Source: Chiloscyllium plagiosum (taxonomy: Eukaryota). From it: DNA of 58,903 nt. The DNA lies in contig NC_057719.1 in the NCBI RefSeq assembly GCF_004010195.1, positions 34,089,981 through 34,148,883 of the forward strand, read 5' to 3'. This document shows positions 1 to 12,899 of this stretch, piece by piece; within the stretch, counting starts at the first letter, position 1; every line of letters begins with the position of its first letter. A program made the position numbers and the translations under genes. The notes below the pieces were generated by a model, which ran no database searches, had not been told where the DNA came from, and was given only the letters and a program-made list of their open reading frames with translations.

Positions 1-55
1 AAGCTTTCACTGTACGTAGGTACATGTGACTGCAATAAATCAAATCAAATCAAAA
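1..55 (+). mobile_element. Rex1/Babar-type LINE 3' tail
   Basis: aagctttcactgtac...gtgactgcaataaatcaaatcaaatc matches the tail of the Rex1-like copy at 14320-14373 and the tail at 55070-55300. Confidence 0.7.
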
Positions 56-3000
56 ACATGTATCCAACCCTGGGATTTAACATATCAACACTAGTTCATT
101 ATATTCTGGACAATAGGGTCAATTAGTGCTATCTTCTGCCTTACTTGATCGCTCTGTGAAACCCATACATCCCACCCTGTTCTTTGGCTGCTGTACCAGC
201 ACAGGGTCAAATATTACAAATCACTGAGTGCAGCTTAAAGGCACCCTGAATCTCAAGTGCATATATATGACATATATATGCAACAGATTTCTGGAGTAGT
301 TTGACAGTTATCTTTACACTCAATACTCCACGAGCCAATAGACTTATGTCACAATCATTGCTAATAGCCCAGAAAGTTTTCTTTTCCCTCACACCAATGC
401 ACTGGTTCTGAGTCCCTGGTTGCAGCCACCTGAAATCTGCCCTGCCTAGGCCATACACGCCAGGAGATGGAGAAGAGGGAGTAACATTGCAGCCCTAATG
501 AAGAGCCCCATCAATTGATGTGACCATGGAAACTACTAGATTAGAGACAGCTACTGCATGGGGGCAAGCTTAGAAATTGAATCAGCATATGATGAGTCAT
601 CTGAGCATGAAGTGGTCTTCAACCAAGCCACAGGTAAGAGAGAGTTTCATTGCCCGCTCAGGGTGATTTGCTAGATTGCTCCACATTTGATATGGACAGG
701 TCGAGGTGTGACAGAGGAGTTGGTGACCTATCCACATAAACCTGCCACATTTGTAAAGTCTTTAGATCTGTGACATGATGTGGAGATGGAGTAGAGGCTG
801 CAGAGAGGTTAGGCTCTGTGCCATCTCTCTACCAACTTGAAGTCAGACTGGTGCTTGTGCTTTCCAAGTGACAAGAGACTGTTTAGTAGCCTTGTCATTT
901 TGATCTGCATGATCATTCAGTACTCCTGATCAAGGTCCTGACTACTGGCACCAGAGCGAATATTCAGAATTCTATAATCCAAACTGGAACTGTGGCAGGA
1001 GGGACATATGTAACTATACAGCTTGAACAGGAGTTGAGATAACAAAACGGCTCAGTTCTACTTATCTTGAGTCCTTCTGTAATTGCAGCCAGCAACGTAG
1101 ATGGTGATATTCATTCACTGCGTAATTTGTGAGGTGAGGAGACAAGACTGATCTGACTGATCTGTTTTAGTAAGTGCTGACAGTCTAGAGGAGTATGGTA
1201 TGATCCTGTCGATCATCATCTCTGGCGAAGAGGACATTGGTGCACTTTATCATGTTTGAGTTGGTTACTAATGACCAATGAAGAACATTACCCACTACCT
1301 GACTGCCCACTCCTGGATGTCCTGAGCTTGTTCATTATTGAAGGTGTTGTGAATGGAGTCCAATATTGTGGACTTGCCACCAGACAAATGGATTTCTGAC
1401 CTTATCCCAACACAAAACTGCATTATGTATAATGAATAGAATTACCTGGTGAACAAGCTGTTTTATGCTTGAATAATGTGAGAAAGTGGGAAAAATCAGC
1501 TGATTCTCAGCAATTATGTGTTAGATTATGTGATGTTCCAGTGACCAGGCAATGAGACAAGAGCAATACTAAATAAATCAGTCACTGAAATATTTATTTC
1601 TTTTTCTGATAATTACAAAGTTTTCCTTCCTCAGTATATGCTTGTGGAATGATGCAAAGAAAATGTTTCAAAAACTTTTACCAAGTAAAGTTTGGAATCA
1701 GTTTTGACAATTAAAATAAAACACTGCAAATTCACAACTAAGAATCTAGCATTACCTTTCCATAGTTGCTGTTGTAAATTACATTGGTGACCCCTTCCGA
1801 TGATGCAGACTTTGCACAAACACATTGTAACTGCATTATATTCCTCAAATGCTCTCCTTCCTATTTGCAGTGCAAGTCAGTACTTCCTTAATTATTGACT
1901 ATCCACTGCATCCAACCCTTTGAAATCCCTGAGGTTGGGTTTCAGAGAGCACTTGTATTCCAGTTTTCAGATATGCTACAGGAGGCACTGAGTCCAGATG
2001 TGATCACACCGGTCACCTCTGCCACAGCCTTCACAGTTCAAGTTCAGTTTGTTTTTATGATCCAGGTGGGGCTAGGAGAAGTAGGTCTGCCTGTTTAGGC
2101 TCCACAAGGGAAATCTTGCTGTAGCTACTTGACTGCAAGACCGTCTTTGTTCGAGAAAACAGAAATATCTAATGGCCAGATCTTTCCCCAGCCTCATATC
2201 TGCATGGTGCTGGTGGACAACAATGTGCCAAATGGAAGCAAGAAATCTGGGTGAATGAATTTATCGTTTAGAAGGAGCACTTGGTTTGGATTGCCGTTGA
2301 CCAATTTTATTTCTGAATCTTACCAGTTCTATTATCTTTAGCCACCCACTTAACGCAAGGTAAAATACATGAAATAACTCACATAGAGCATATGGGATGT
2401 TGTTTTCTATGTGCTTTTATTGGTCTCATTATATTTTAACTGCAGTCTTGAACAAATACTTGTTTGTTATATTTACCTTGTGTTCTTCTGAGTCAGTAAG
2501 ATGTTTCTTTCTTTTTTCTCTCTTCACGTTGTTCTTTTTCCTCAGGGTTTAACTTACAGACTAGGAAGCATTCCATCTCTCACAGTGGGGGCTGGGTAGT
2601 TGATTCACTGGCTGTAATGATTAGCTGATCAGTCCAAGAGGGGATTGTGTGCAGCTGTAATCCATTACTGTGTACTGTGCCTCAATGTTACATGGTAAAC
2701 CCCAGAGACTCTCATATTGATCTGAAGGGCTGAAATCAGATTGTTGTCTTTAACTTTGCGAAACTAAATTTTACAGTCTCTAAATCAAAAACTAGAAAAG
2801 CAAACATCCTGTCAAATATATGGATGGATATAAGAGTGAGATAAAGGTAGAGACCGTGGATGTCTATGTAATGGTCTGATAGCAAGGTTTGTTAGCTTCA
2901 TCCAGGCAAAAACCAAACATGAGGTCTATGTGGGAGAGTTCATTTGCAATAAAAACCAGAAACGATTATTTAAATTAAAAACTCAGCAGCATTATTCTGC

Positions 3001-3224
3001 TCATTCCGCCCAACATTCTGAATTTGCTTTAAATACCCAACTTCCATCTCCCTTCCTCTCCCATTTTCTTTGCAAGTGGTGAACATAGTCATTAGTACAT
3101 TCTTCCATCTCTTTATAACTATTACAGTGCCTCCCACTCATATTCTGACATCCCATCAGTATTTAATACTGAGATAACCACATGACAATTTTGTCAATCA
3201 AACAAATAGGTTGAACATCAAATC

Positions 3225-3490
3225 TTTTTTAATTGTTCTTTTAGTGGGATGTGTGCCCCATTGGCATGGCCAGCATTCGTTGTCCATCATTGATTGCCCT
3301 TGAAATTAATGCTTTGCTACATCATTTAACAGAGCAGTTAAGATTAGACTAAATGGAATTGGAGTCATTTATCGACCAAACCATGACAGATTTCATTCCT
3401 TAAAGGCCATGAGTGAACCAGATGGTTCTTTCACAACAATTGATAAAAATTTCATAATTACCATTGTTGAGACTAGCTTTCAATTCCAAC
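3225..3490 (-). mobile_element. Old tRNA-derived SINE with L2/CR1-group tail
   Basis: Reverse complement of the tail shared with 34356-34780 and 14680-14737 (gtgggatgtg..cattggc.tggccagcatt); internal gtgaaccagatgg motif. Confidence 0.6.
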
Positions 3491-3559
3491 TATACTGATA
3501 ACCACAAAAGGAGTTCTAGAGTTGTGTTGTGTGACACGAGGCAAATTTTCCAAGATTAT

Positions 3560-5666
3560 GGGCTGAATCTTAACAGAAATCAGCTCGTATAAAGTTTAGT
3601 GAGTTTCATGGAGGGTTTCTCTCTGTGAGGCTGAGCATTTTTATACTATCTTCCCAAACTCACCTCACACCTATGTACCACAGAGTCATGTCACCCACTT
3701 GTTGTGCTTGCCAGCAATGGAGGTAGTCACCACTGTCACGCTATCCCAGGATTCCTGGTGCTGGCACCACCTTGAAATCCCAATTGTGCCCCCAGTTTGT
3801 GAGCCTTGAGCTGCTTGTTGCCAAGCAAATAGGGGTACAACGATGAAAAACCAAGGCTTCTGAGAGTACATTAGTGACACAGTTTGACACTTCATTGCAT
3901 GTACAAGTGCACATTCTTACATCTATTGCCATTTAAGAACCAAGCCAGACAGGAACATGAATGCACATTTTGCCTTTCAAGGACCAACAAATTTACAAGA
4001 ATATGCTCACTGTACCCAGCTCACATCCACTGGAACTGAGTGCCAATCAAATTCTGCCTGGCTTGTTGCACTTGACCTTGCTGCACTTTATCATGCACAA
4101 CATAATCTTCCGCTTGCTTAATGCCCTCCTCGTCCTCAGAAGACTGCTACCAATCTCCCAGGTCATCAAAGTCCATCACATCCTTCTCTGTCTGCTCCAG
4201 TTGTGCAGAGCACAGATGCTAGGATTATGAAGCACACTCTGACTGGAGTCTGCAAGGCTCCCCCGCCTCCCGCCACCCCCAAGCCCGATCTGAACATTAG
4301 AACCTCATATTTAAGAGATTGTATTATCTGTTCCACTGTGGCCCTAGTTGAAGAATAAGTTACTTTGTATCCACACTGCATCTCAGTCAGGGGATTGTGA
4401 AATGGAGCCACCAAGATAAGATGGCCACCTCACAGGTCCCAGTCCAGCAGCTGACAGAGCAGAGTTTTGTGACAGTGTCCTGAGACACATTCTCAGTCAG
4501 CAGTGATACTGCACTGCACTCATCTTTCTGGAAAAGGCATCATAAAGAAATGATTCTGCACTTCCATTATCTCCTCCACATCTTGAGGGGACCTTCAGCT
4601 GTGATCTCCTCAGGTATGGTGTATTCAGCAACTGTTAGAGTTTGCTGCTGTTCTGAGCTTGTTGTCACATCTGGGGCTTTTCCATTTCTCTGTGCCTTTG
4701 TTGCCTCGTAGTAACAGTGACGATATCCTCTGCTGTGGCTGGATCCATCAGTCACATTGCAATGAACCTGTGTGCAGAGCAGGCAAAACAGAATGTGAGC
4801 AGTCAGCAGTCACCTCACACATAAATCATGGTTTAATGTACTGTTCCACAAGCGATCTTACTCTGATGAAGGCAGCACAGTGACACAGTAAGGATTGTAA
4901 GTGCTGTATAATTACTGAAGACTTGTACTCTCAGCCCCACAACACCCAAGAAAGACATCATTTGGTGAATACTTCATGTTGGTGAATACTTACAGTTAAT
5001 GGCGTGCAGTCTATGATTGTGGTTTTTTTTTAACTGAAGCCCACAGAGGCCTCTTTTAAGGCTGTCTGCGAATGGCTTCACGGAAATGAATATCTTCAAT
5101 CTACAAATAACCAACGGCATGCTCTCTTTGCTCCTACACAGTTGTACAGGTTACATTCACAATGCCATGATTACAGATGACTTCAACCTGGCCTATGAAA
5201 GTGTCTAATTGATGAACTTGCCCTCAAACATGGATTGTAAGTGTGGTTAGGAGATGTGCCGTAAGAGTATGATGAGACTGGAATGTGTCGAATGCCAAGG
5301 TCCGTGGACAAGAGTTGCTGTCTGTGGAGCGTGTCTTGCACTGTTGGTACCTGTTGCCCAAAATGAAATGCTGGAGGATCAAGCAGCAGGGAGGTATTCC
5401 CAGGTAGCCACTCTGATTGTCTGGAATCATCGCTGTCTCATTTCCATCCAGCAGGTGTGAGAATGGGAAACTGTATACAAATGAGGTAAGATTATGGAAT
5501 AAAATGTTAAAACAACTAATGCATAGAAATAAGCCTCTCATTGCTTAACACTTGTTTAGAAATGAGAGCTCTTGACATCCAAAAATTCCTCACTGACCAC
5601 TTCATGTGATTTTCCCAACATTCTCACCAGTGCCCACATCCTTCAGTATCTAGGAAGATTCCATCC
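3560..5666 (-). mobile_element. Degenerate PIF/Harbinger DNA transposon (HARBI1-like DDE transposase C-terminus at ~4170-4414)
   Basis: Minus ORF 4166-4414 (PFHNPLTEMQCGY..STRATVEQIIQSLK..GGALQTPVRVCFIILA) resembles the Harbinger motif TP..NP.T..E..YN..H..TR..IE..IG.LK.RF..L..SGG.LQY.P.RV..I; putative diverged TIRs gggctgaatctt (3560) and aagattccatcc (5655-5666); boundaries tentative. Confidence 0.6.
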
Positions 5667-6300
5667 TACATTTCTAATCATAGGGACATGATTTTAGCAG
5701 TACATGTTCAATTCATGCTGCTGATGTGGGAAGCTATAAAGAAATTGATTTATCTGCTCCTGCACCATCCTGTAAACTATTCTCTTCTGACATCAGTCCC
5801 CCTTTTTAATTACTCCTCAAATTTGACACCATGATGAGTTAAAGAGTGCTTAATTAACTGTCCCTGGAACTTTTGAAGTATGTTGAGGAGCAGGACTGTT
5901 TTAATATCATCTTAAAAATCATCTACATTCATGTCAATTTGCTAGGTATTTCCTTGCACTTGAGTGACATTTAGGCATTTTCATTGCACAGCCCTTGTTA
6001 AAGGATGATGCAAAACAGAATCTCTGTGAAATTTAGATAACCTAGTTGACGGAGAGTTAGATAAGTTATTTCTTAATCTTGTAAGAGAATGAATAATTGT
6101 TAGAATGTTCAGCATTGTAGGCGAATTCTGAAAATGAAATATCAAATTTGAGAAGGTTTATTAAATGACACTAGCACTTATTTACCATGTGTTCATTTGT
6201 ATCTACAAGGACAAAAAAAAGCCACACTGAAACAAATTTTCACATGAACAACCTTTGTTTAATTTGTTCCCCAGTTTTGGAAAATGCAGTTACTGTCTGT

Positions 6301-6430
6301 CCTTATGAAGGGCTTTTGCCAGAAACGTCGATTTTCCCGCTCCTCGGATGCTGCCTGACCTGCTGTGCTTTTCCAGCTCCGCTCTAAACTTGACTCTAAT
6401 CTCCAGCATCTGCAGTACCCACTTCTGCCT
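6301..6430 (+). mobile_element. Penelope-like terminal repeat fragment (family A) with degenerate hammerhead motif
   Basis: ccttatgaagggcttttgccagaaacgtcg...ggatgctgcctgacctgctg...ctccagcatctgcag; homologous to 37995-38122. Confidence 0.8.
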
Positions 6431-7218
6431 ACTCATGAAAGAAAGACAGTGCTTGACTTAGAGGGTTTCTACAGTAGTTAACAATCCCATGACATTGATG
6501 CAGTTTATTTTTTAAAATGCAAAAAGCTGCAAGACTGGAAGGAGTTGTTGAGGGAAGATTGGTGAAGATCTGCAATGCATTGTTTGCTGTATACAACAGA
6601 CATAATACAGTGCTGTTGGAGCGATTGGCAATTCAGCCGAGTGAGAGGAATGCGAATCAAGCAGTAAAAATTTAACATCCAAACTCGTGTATTAAATTCA
6701 GCTTTTCCTTTGATGAATCTTAATTCTAATCAGCTGCAACTCTGCAAAAGGGAACAGTACAAAGTGAACCTTGCCTCCCGAGCACCGTAAGGGAATAAAA
6801 TACAAAGGTCAGTAGCTTACAAATGGGAAAAACCATGCATCTGATATTTTGCAATTGACAAATAGGAATTGCTGAATTAGGCTGAGATGTGTGAATTCTC
6901 TCTGAGTTTCTTCTCTTTTTCTCTCTCTACTGAAATACCATTGCTAAATGGTGCTTCTGGTTCACACTAACTGAGGTCAGCTAACTAAGCGCAGTCTAAG
7001 TATCAAATCTGGTAATTTTCAAGTCTGACTGGTTCAAGATCTCACTGTTCTCACTAAGCGAAGGTATGGGGAAGCTTCTATCTTGCATGCTAACCACAGT
7101 AACTGTGAGATGATCTTCGGGTGACTTTGGGATAATCTTTCTAAGTAACAAAACAAGGTGCATGGATATAAAAGTTAAGGATAGTTATGAAGGCATAACT
7201 GTGAGAAAAGATCATTAT

Positions 7219-7387
7219 GGAGAAAGTGAGGTCTGCAGATGCTGGAGATCAGAGCTGAAAATGTGTTGCTGGAACAGCGCAGCAGGTCAGGCAGCATCCA
7301 GGGAACAGGAGAATCNNNNNNNNNNNTCTCCTGTTCCCTGGATGCTGCCTGACCTGCTGCGCTGTTCCAGCAACACATTTTCAGCTC
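7219..7387. mobile_element. Palindromic Penelope-terminus insertion (family A), 15-bp TSD, N-gap at centre
   Basis: Arms are reverse complements around Ns at 7316-7326; flanked by agaaaagatcattat at 7204-7218 and 7388-7402. Confidence 0.85.
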
Positions 7388-7442
7388 AGAAAAGATCATT
7401 ATACCAACAGAACATGGAAAGATAAAGACAGTTTATCACTGA

Positions 7443-7918
7443 CTCTCCTTCCTATCAGAAAGATGTTGTGAAACTTGAAAGGGTTCAGACATGGTTTACA
7501 AGGATGTTGCCAGCATTGGACGATTTGAGCTGTAGGGAGAGGTTGAATAGGCTACGGATGTTTTCTCTGGAGCTGAGGGGTGACCTTATGGAGGTTTATA
7601 AAATCATGAGGGGCATGGATAGGGTGAATAGACAAGGTCTTTTCCCTGGGGCGGGGGAGTCCAGAACTAAGGGGCAACTTTTTCACATAGTGGGGTACAT
7701 GAATGGAATGAGCTGCCAGAGGAAGTGGTGGAGGCTAGTATAATTGCAACATTTAAAAGGCATCTGGACACGTATATGAATTGGAAGGGTTTGGAGGGAT
7801 ATGGACTGGGTGCTGGCAGGTGGGACTAGATTGGGTTGGGATATCTGGTCGGCATGGATATGTTGGACCGTAGGGTCTGTTTCCGTGCTATACATCTCTA
7901 TGACTCTATGACTATGAC
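7443..7918 (+). mobile_element. CR1 (HER1-like) LINE 3' fragment
   Basis: LERVQ..FTRMLP..RERLNRL..FSLE..RGDL.EVYKIM ORF2 C-terminus; (ctctatga)n tail. Confidence 0.9.
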
Positions 7919-8171
7919 TTTCATCACCCTTTCTTCCCTTGTCTATATTTCTCTGAGTAACCAGCTAAATTGAAAAGTACAATCCAAGTCTGTGAAGTAT
8001 TTCTCCCATGCATTGACAATTTCTTGACACCATTTTCTTTGTATGCGAACTGCTTTAAAAGTTTACATTATGCACACTAACACTAGGTTTTTGGGGCATT
8101 TATATTTGGTGTCCACAGCTTGGTGATTACTGCATCTTTGGTTTGAAACTAAAGCCAGTAATATTTTTCTG

Positions 8172-8428
8172 AACACTGCTACCTCCCAGCACCAGGGAAG
8201 TGGTTTTGATTCCACACTTGGGTGACTGTGCGGAGTTTGCATATTCTCCCTGTGTCTGCATGGATTTTCTTTGAGTGCTCCAGTTTTCTCCCATAGTCCA
8301 AAGACGTGTGAGTTAAGTGCATTAGCCGTGGGATATACAGGGTTATGGGAATAGGGTAGGGTGTGTGTTGGGTGAGATGCTCTTCAGATAGCCAAATGAT
8401 CTGTTTCCACATAGTAGGGATTCTATGA
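8172..8428 (+). mobile_element. HE1-type V-SINE, degenerate
   Basis: ggagtttgcatattctccctgtgtctgcatgg V-domain; gggattctatga tail. Confidence 0.8.
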
Positions 8429-8913
8429 TCAAAGATGTTCCAAAGAAACCAGCAGCATTCTTTGCTCTAAGGTGATTATTTCTCATCAAAGTGCAGGAAT
8501 AAATATAACTGTATACAGAAAATTCATTATTAAAGACAATATTTTTCAAAGTTTGCCAATGAAGTAAATATCTATACTTGGCTCACATCCAAGGAGTTGC
8601 AAACATACCATCACTATTCTGATACCTTCAAACAGAACACAAAAGAAACAGGGTTATTTTAGCAAACTTAAGACACATATCAATATATTTTCCATTTGAT
8701 AGTGTTCAGCTTATAGTTCAGGGCAGGTAATGATAATGCCCCCTGGCTTTGACACTATAGATCAAGCTGTATGTTTCTTAGAAACAACTAAATACATTGT
8801 TGGTCAAAAAGACAGCTCAATAATTATTTTGTATTCTGCATTCTGGTCTTTGGAACACATGGCAGGGCTTAATACTAGTAATTGAAATGACTTAATTAAT
8901 AATAAACGATATC

Positions 8914-9982
8914 AGCAGAGGGTGGTGGTGGAAGGTTGTTTTTCAGACTGGAGACCTGTGACCAGTGGAGTGCCACAAGGAGCGGTGCTGGGTCCACTGA
9001 TTTTCGTCATTTATATAAATGATTTGGATGTGAGCATAAGAGGTATAGTTAGTAAGTTTGCAGATGACACCAAAATTGGAGGTGTAGTGGACAGCAGAGA
9101 AGGTTCCCTCAGATTACAACAGGATCTTGATCAGATGAGCCAATGGGCTAAGGAGTGGCAGATAGAATTTAATTTAGATAAATGCGAGGTGCTGCGATTT
9201 GGAAAGACAAATCAGAACAGGACTTATACATTTAATGGTCAGGTCCTGGGGAGTGTTGCTGAACAAAGAGACCTTGGAGTGCAGGTTCATAGCTCCTTGA
9301 AAGTGCAGTTGCAGGTAGATAGGATAATGAAGAAGGCATTTGGTATGCTTTCCTTTGTTGGTCAGAGTATTGAGTACAGGAGTTAGAAAGTCATGGTGCG
9401 GCTGTACAGGACATTGGTTAGGCCACTGTTGGAATATTGTGTGCAATTCTGGTCTCCCTCTTACTGAAAGGATGTGTGAAACTTGAAAGGGTTCATAAAA
9501 GATTTACAAGGATGTTGCCAGGGTTGGAGGATTTGAGATACAGGGAGAGGCTGAACAGGCTGGGGCTGTTTTCCCTGGAGCGTCGGAGGCTGAGGGGTGA
9601 GCGTATAGAGATTTATAAAATCATGAGAGACATGGATAAGGTAAATAGACAAGGTCTTTTCCCTGGGGTGGGGGAGTCCAGAACTAAAGGGTATAGGTTT
9701 AGGGTGAGAGGGGATAAATTTAAAAGGGACTTAAGGGGGAATGCTTTCATGCAGAGGGTGGTGTGTGTATGGAATGAGCTGCCAGAGGATATGGTAGAGG
9801 CTGGTAAATTAAAACACTTAAAAGGCATCTGGATGGATACATGAATAGGAAGGGTTTAGAGGGATGTGGGCCAAGTGCTGGCAAATGCGACGAGATTAGG
9901 TTAGGATATCTGATTGGCATGAACGAGTTGGACTGAAGAGTCTGTTTCTGCGCTATGCATCTTTATGACTCTATGGCTCTAT
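8914..9982 (+). mobile_element. CR1 LINE, 5'-truncated, RT pseudogene
   Basis: VTSGVPQGAVLGPLIFVIYINDLD...SKFADDTK RT motifs, with stops and frameshifts; ctctatg tail. Confidence 0.95.
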
Positions 9983-10329
9983 GTCATTCTTAGCCATCAT
10001 CAAGACATAAATCATGCCTGCTGTAGATGTAATTGTACTTCCCAACAGCTTTCTTTGTACAACCTAGTTGTGTTTGATTAGACTTCCGTGTTGCTCAGTG
10101 TCTCTATTCTTAGTTGAGAACACAACTACTTCTCTCTCTGTGTTACATCCTTCCAACCAATTTCCTAAAATGTAACCTTCCAAATTTACTGCATCGGAGT
10201 AGGTTTTTTTGACATTGTTTATAATAGCTGTCCTGAATGATTCTAATGTTTTATACCTGATATGCTGGGAACCATTTAGTCTCACCTGGAACTCTTGGTA
10301 AATACAAAATGAAACCAATGAAGGATGAT

Positions 10330-10757
10330 TTAGAGTCACACAGCACGGAAACAGACCCTTCGGTCTAACTTGTCCATGCCAACCAGGTTTCCTAAGCTAA
10401 CTAGTCCTATCTGCCTGAATTTGGCCCACATCCCTCTAAACCTTTCCTATTCATGTACTTGTCCAAATGTATTTTAAATGCTGTAATTGTACCTGCCTCT
10501 ACCATTTCCTCTGGAAGCTCGTTCTATAGATGCACCACCCTCTGTGAGAAAAAAGTTGCCGCTCAGGTACTTTTTAAATCTTTCCTCTCTGACCTTAAAT
10601 CTATGCCCTCTAGTTTTGGACTCCCCTACCCTGGGGAAAAGAACTTGGCTATTCACGATATCTATACCCCTCATGACTTTATAAACCTCTATAAATTTGC
10701 CCCTCAGCCTCCAGAGCCACAGGGAAAAAAATCCCAGCCTATCCAATCCCTCCAACC
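10330..10757 (-). mobile_element. CR1 LINE 3' fragment
   Basis: Minus ORF LDRLGFFSL..RLRGKFIEVYKVMRG..TRGHRFKVR. Confidence 0.9.
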
Positions 10758-10959
10758 TGGACCAGTTAAGACTGAACTAGTCTTCTGTTCAGATAGGAGT
10801 ATTCTTATTTAAGAACTGTAAATCCATCATTAGCCTTTGTGACCCATTTAGTTTATCAGCTGCCCCAATAGATGAATTGACATATGTGGTTATTTGGTTT
10901 ATAGCTCTGTGGATTGTGTATCTACCGGGTACCAGAGTTGAAGACATCTCCTCAGTGCT

Positions 10960-11360
10960 AGAGAAAAACTTAGGGTAAGCTGCAGGGTGAGATGCAATCA
11001 TTCAATTGGTATGATCCATATCGAAACTAATGCCTTAAAAAGAACTAGAAATGAGATTCTGCTCAATGTGTTGAAGAAGTTTTGATCCAAATTAAAATGC
11101 AGAGCCTCACATGTACTAATTCTTAGGTTTTTATTTGGACCACATGTTAATTGGTAGAGATAAAGAGATTAGAAGATTAAATGATTGGATGAAAGAGCAA
11201 TATGGGAGATAGTGGTTTTAATTCGTGGGGTATTGGCTCTATTGCAGAGGAAAGGGGAAATGGACTTATCCAGTGTTATGGCAAATCAATAATTTGGATG
11301 GTAAACCATGTTATAAACTAATAAAAGGATGAGGGCTGGGGTTGGTGTTGGGAAGATACA
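10960..11360 (+). mobile_element. Very old CR1 ORF1 (SGNH esterase) remnant
   Basis: atccatatcgaaactaatgcc reads IHIETN, resembling VHIGTND; downstream sequence resembles RLNDW..E..G. Confidence 0.45.
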
Positions 11361-12243
11361 AGAAAAAGGTAGATTCAATTTGATTCACCCCACATGATAT
11401 CAAGAAACAGCTGGAGGAATTGGATATGGCAAAGGCTATGGGCTTCGACAATAGTCCATCAATAGTTTGAAGAATTGTGTTCCCAAATATGCTGCTCTCC
11501 AACCAAGCTTTTCCTGAACTGTTCTAAAACTGACATTTACCGCGCACTGTGGAAAATTGCCCAGTTTGGCCTGTACTCAAAAAGCAGGACAAATCCAACC
11601 AGGCCAACTACAACTCCATAAGTCTACTCTGGATTGTCAGTAAAGTGATGGAAGTTGTCATCAACAGAGCTACCAAGCAGCTCAGCAATAACCTGCTCAG
11701 TGACGCCCAACTTGGTTTCCACCAGCTCCGAACTCAGTACGTCCTTGGTCCGAACATGAACAATAGAGCTAAGTTCTGGTGGTGTGGTCAGAGTGACAGC
11801 CCTTGGCATCAAGGAAACATTAAACAGAGTGTGACATCAAGGAGCCTGAGCAAAACTAGAATCAATAGCTATCAGGGGCAAACTCTCTGCTGTTGGAACC
11901 TTACCTGGCACATAGGAAGATGGTTGTGTCAGTCATCTCAGCTCCAGGACATGTCTACAGGAGTTCCTCAGGGTAAAGTCCGAGGCCCAATCATCTTCAG
12001 CTGCGTCATCAACAAACTTCCTTCCAGCAGAAGTACAGAAGTCGGGATGTTCACCAATGATTGCAGAATGTTCAATACCATTCACAATTCATCGAATACT
12101 GAAGCAGTCCATGTTCACATGCAACACAATCTGGACAATATTCAAGCTTGGGCTGACAAATGGTAAGTAACATTTATACTACACAAATGCCAGGCAATGA
12201 CCATCCCCAATAAGAGACAATCTAACCGCTGCCTCTTGACATT

Positions 12244-12587
12244 AAAGGTGATACCAATAGTGAAGGATTCAATAACAAGAGATCATGTTTTCAAGGTGAG
12301 AGGTGAAAAGTTTAAGGGAGATACACGCGGCAAGTACATCACACAGAGGGTGGTAGGTGTCTGGGATGCGTTGCCAGCAGAGGTGGTAGAGACAGGCACA
12401 GTAGATTCATTTAAGATGCATCTAGACAGATGCATGAGTAGCTGGGGAGCAGAGGGATAGAGGTGCTTAGGAATTGGGCAACAGGTTTAGACAGTAGATT
12501 TGGATTGGTTCAGGCTTGGAGGGCTGAAGGGCCTGTTCCTGGGCTGTACATTTTCTTTGTTCTTTGTTCTTTGTTCTTTGTTCTTTG
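12244..12587 (+). mobile_element. CR1 3' fragment nested in the LINE, with (TTCTTTG)n tail
   Basis: TRDHVFKVRGEKFKGD.RGKYITQRVVGVWDALP; tail tandem repeat at 12552-12587. Confidence 0.85.
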
Positions 12588-12899
12588 AATCCTCTGCTAT
12601 CAGCATCCTTGGGGTCACCATTGACTAGAAAATCAATCAGACACACCAGATAAATACAGTGGCTGCAAGAGCAGGTCAAAGGCTAGGAATACTGTGGCAA
12701 GCAACTCACCTCCTGACTTCCCAAAGCCTGTCCATCATCCACAAGTCACATGTCAGTGATGGACTACTCCCCACCTGCCTGGATGGGTGCAGCTAAAACA
12801 ACACTCAAGAAACTTGACACCATCCAGGTCAACACAGCCCACTTGGCTGACACCATATCAACAAGCATGCACTCCCTCCACCTCATATGCTCAGTAGCA

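Noticed and set aside
2500..2600. Plus-strand exon after a long polypyrimidine tract (acceptor at 2544-2545)
   Set aside because: All frames stop within ~30 codons, there is no convincing donor, and no partner exons are evident
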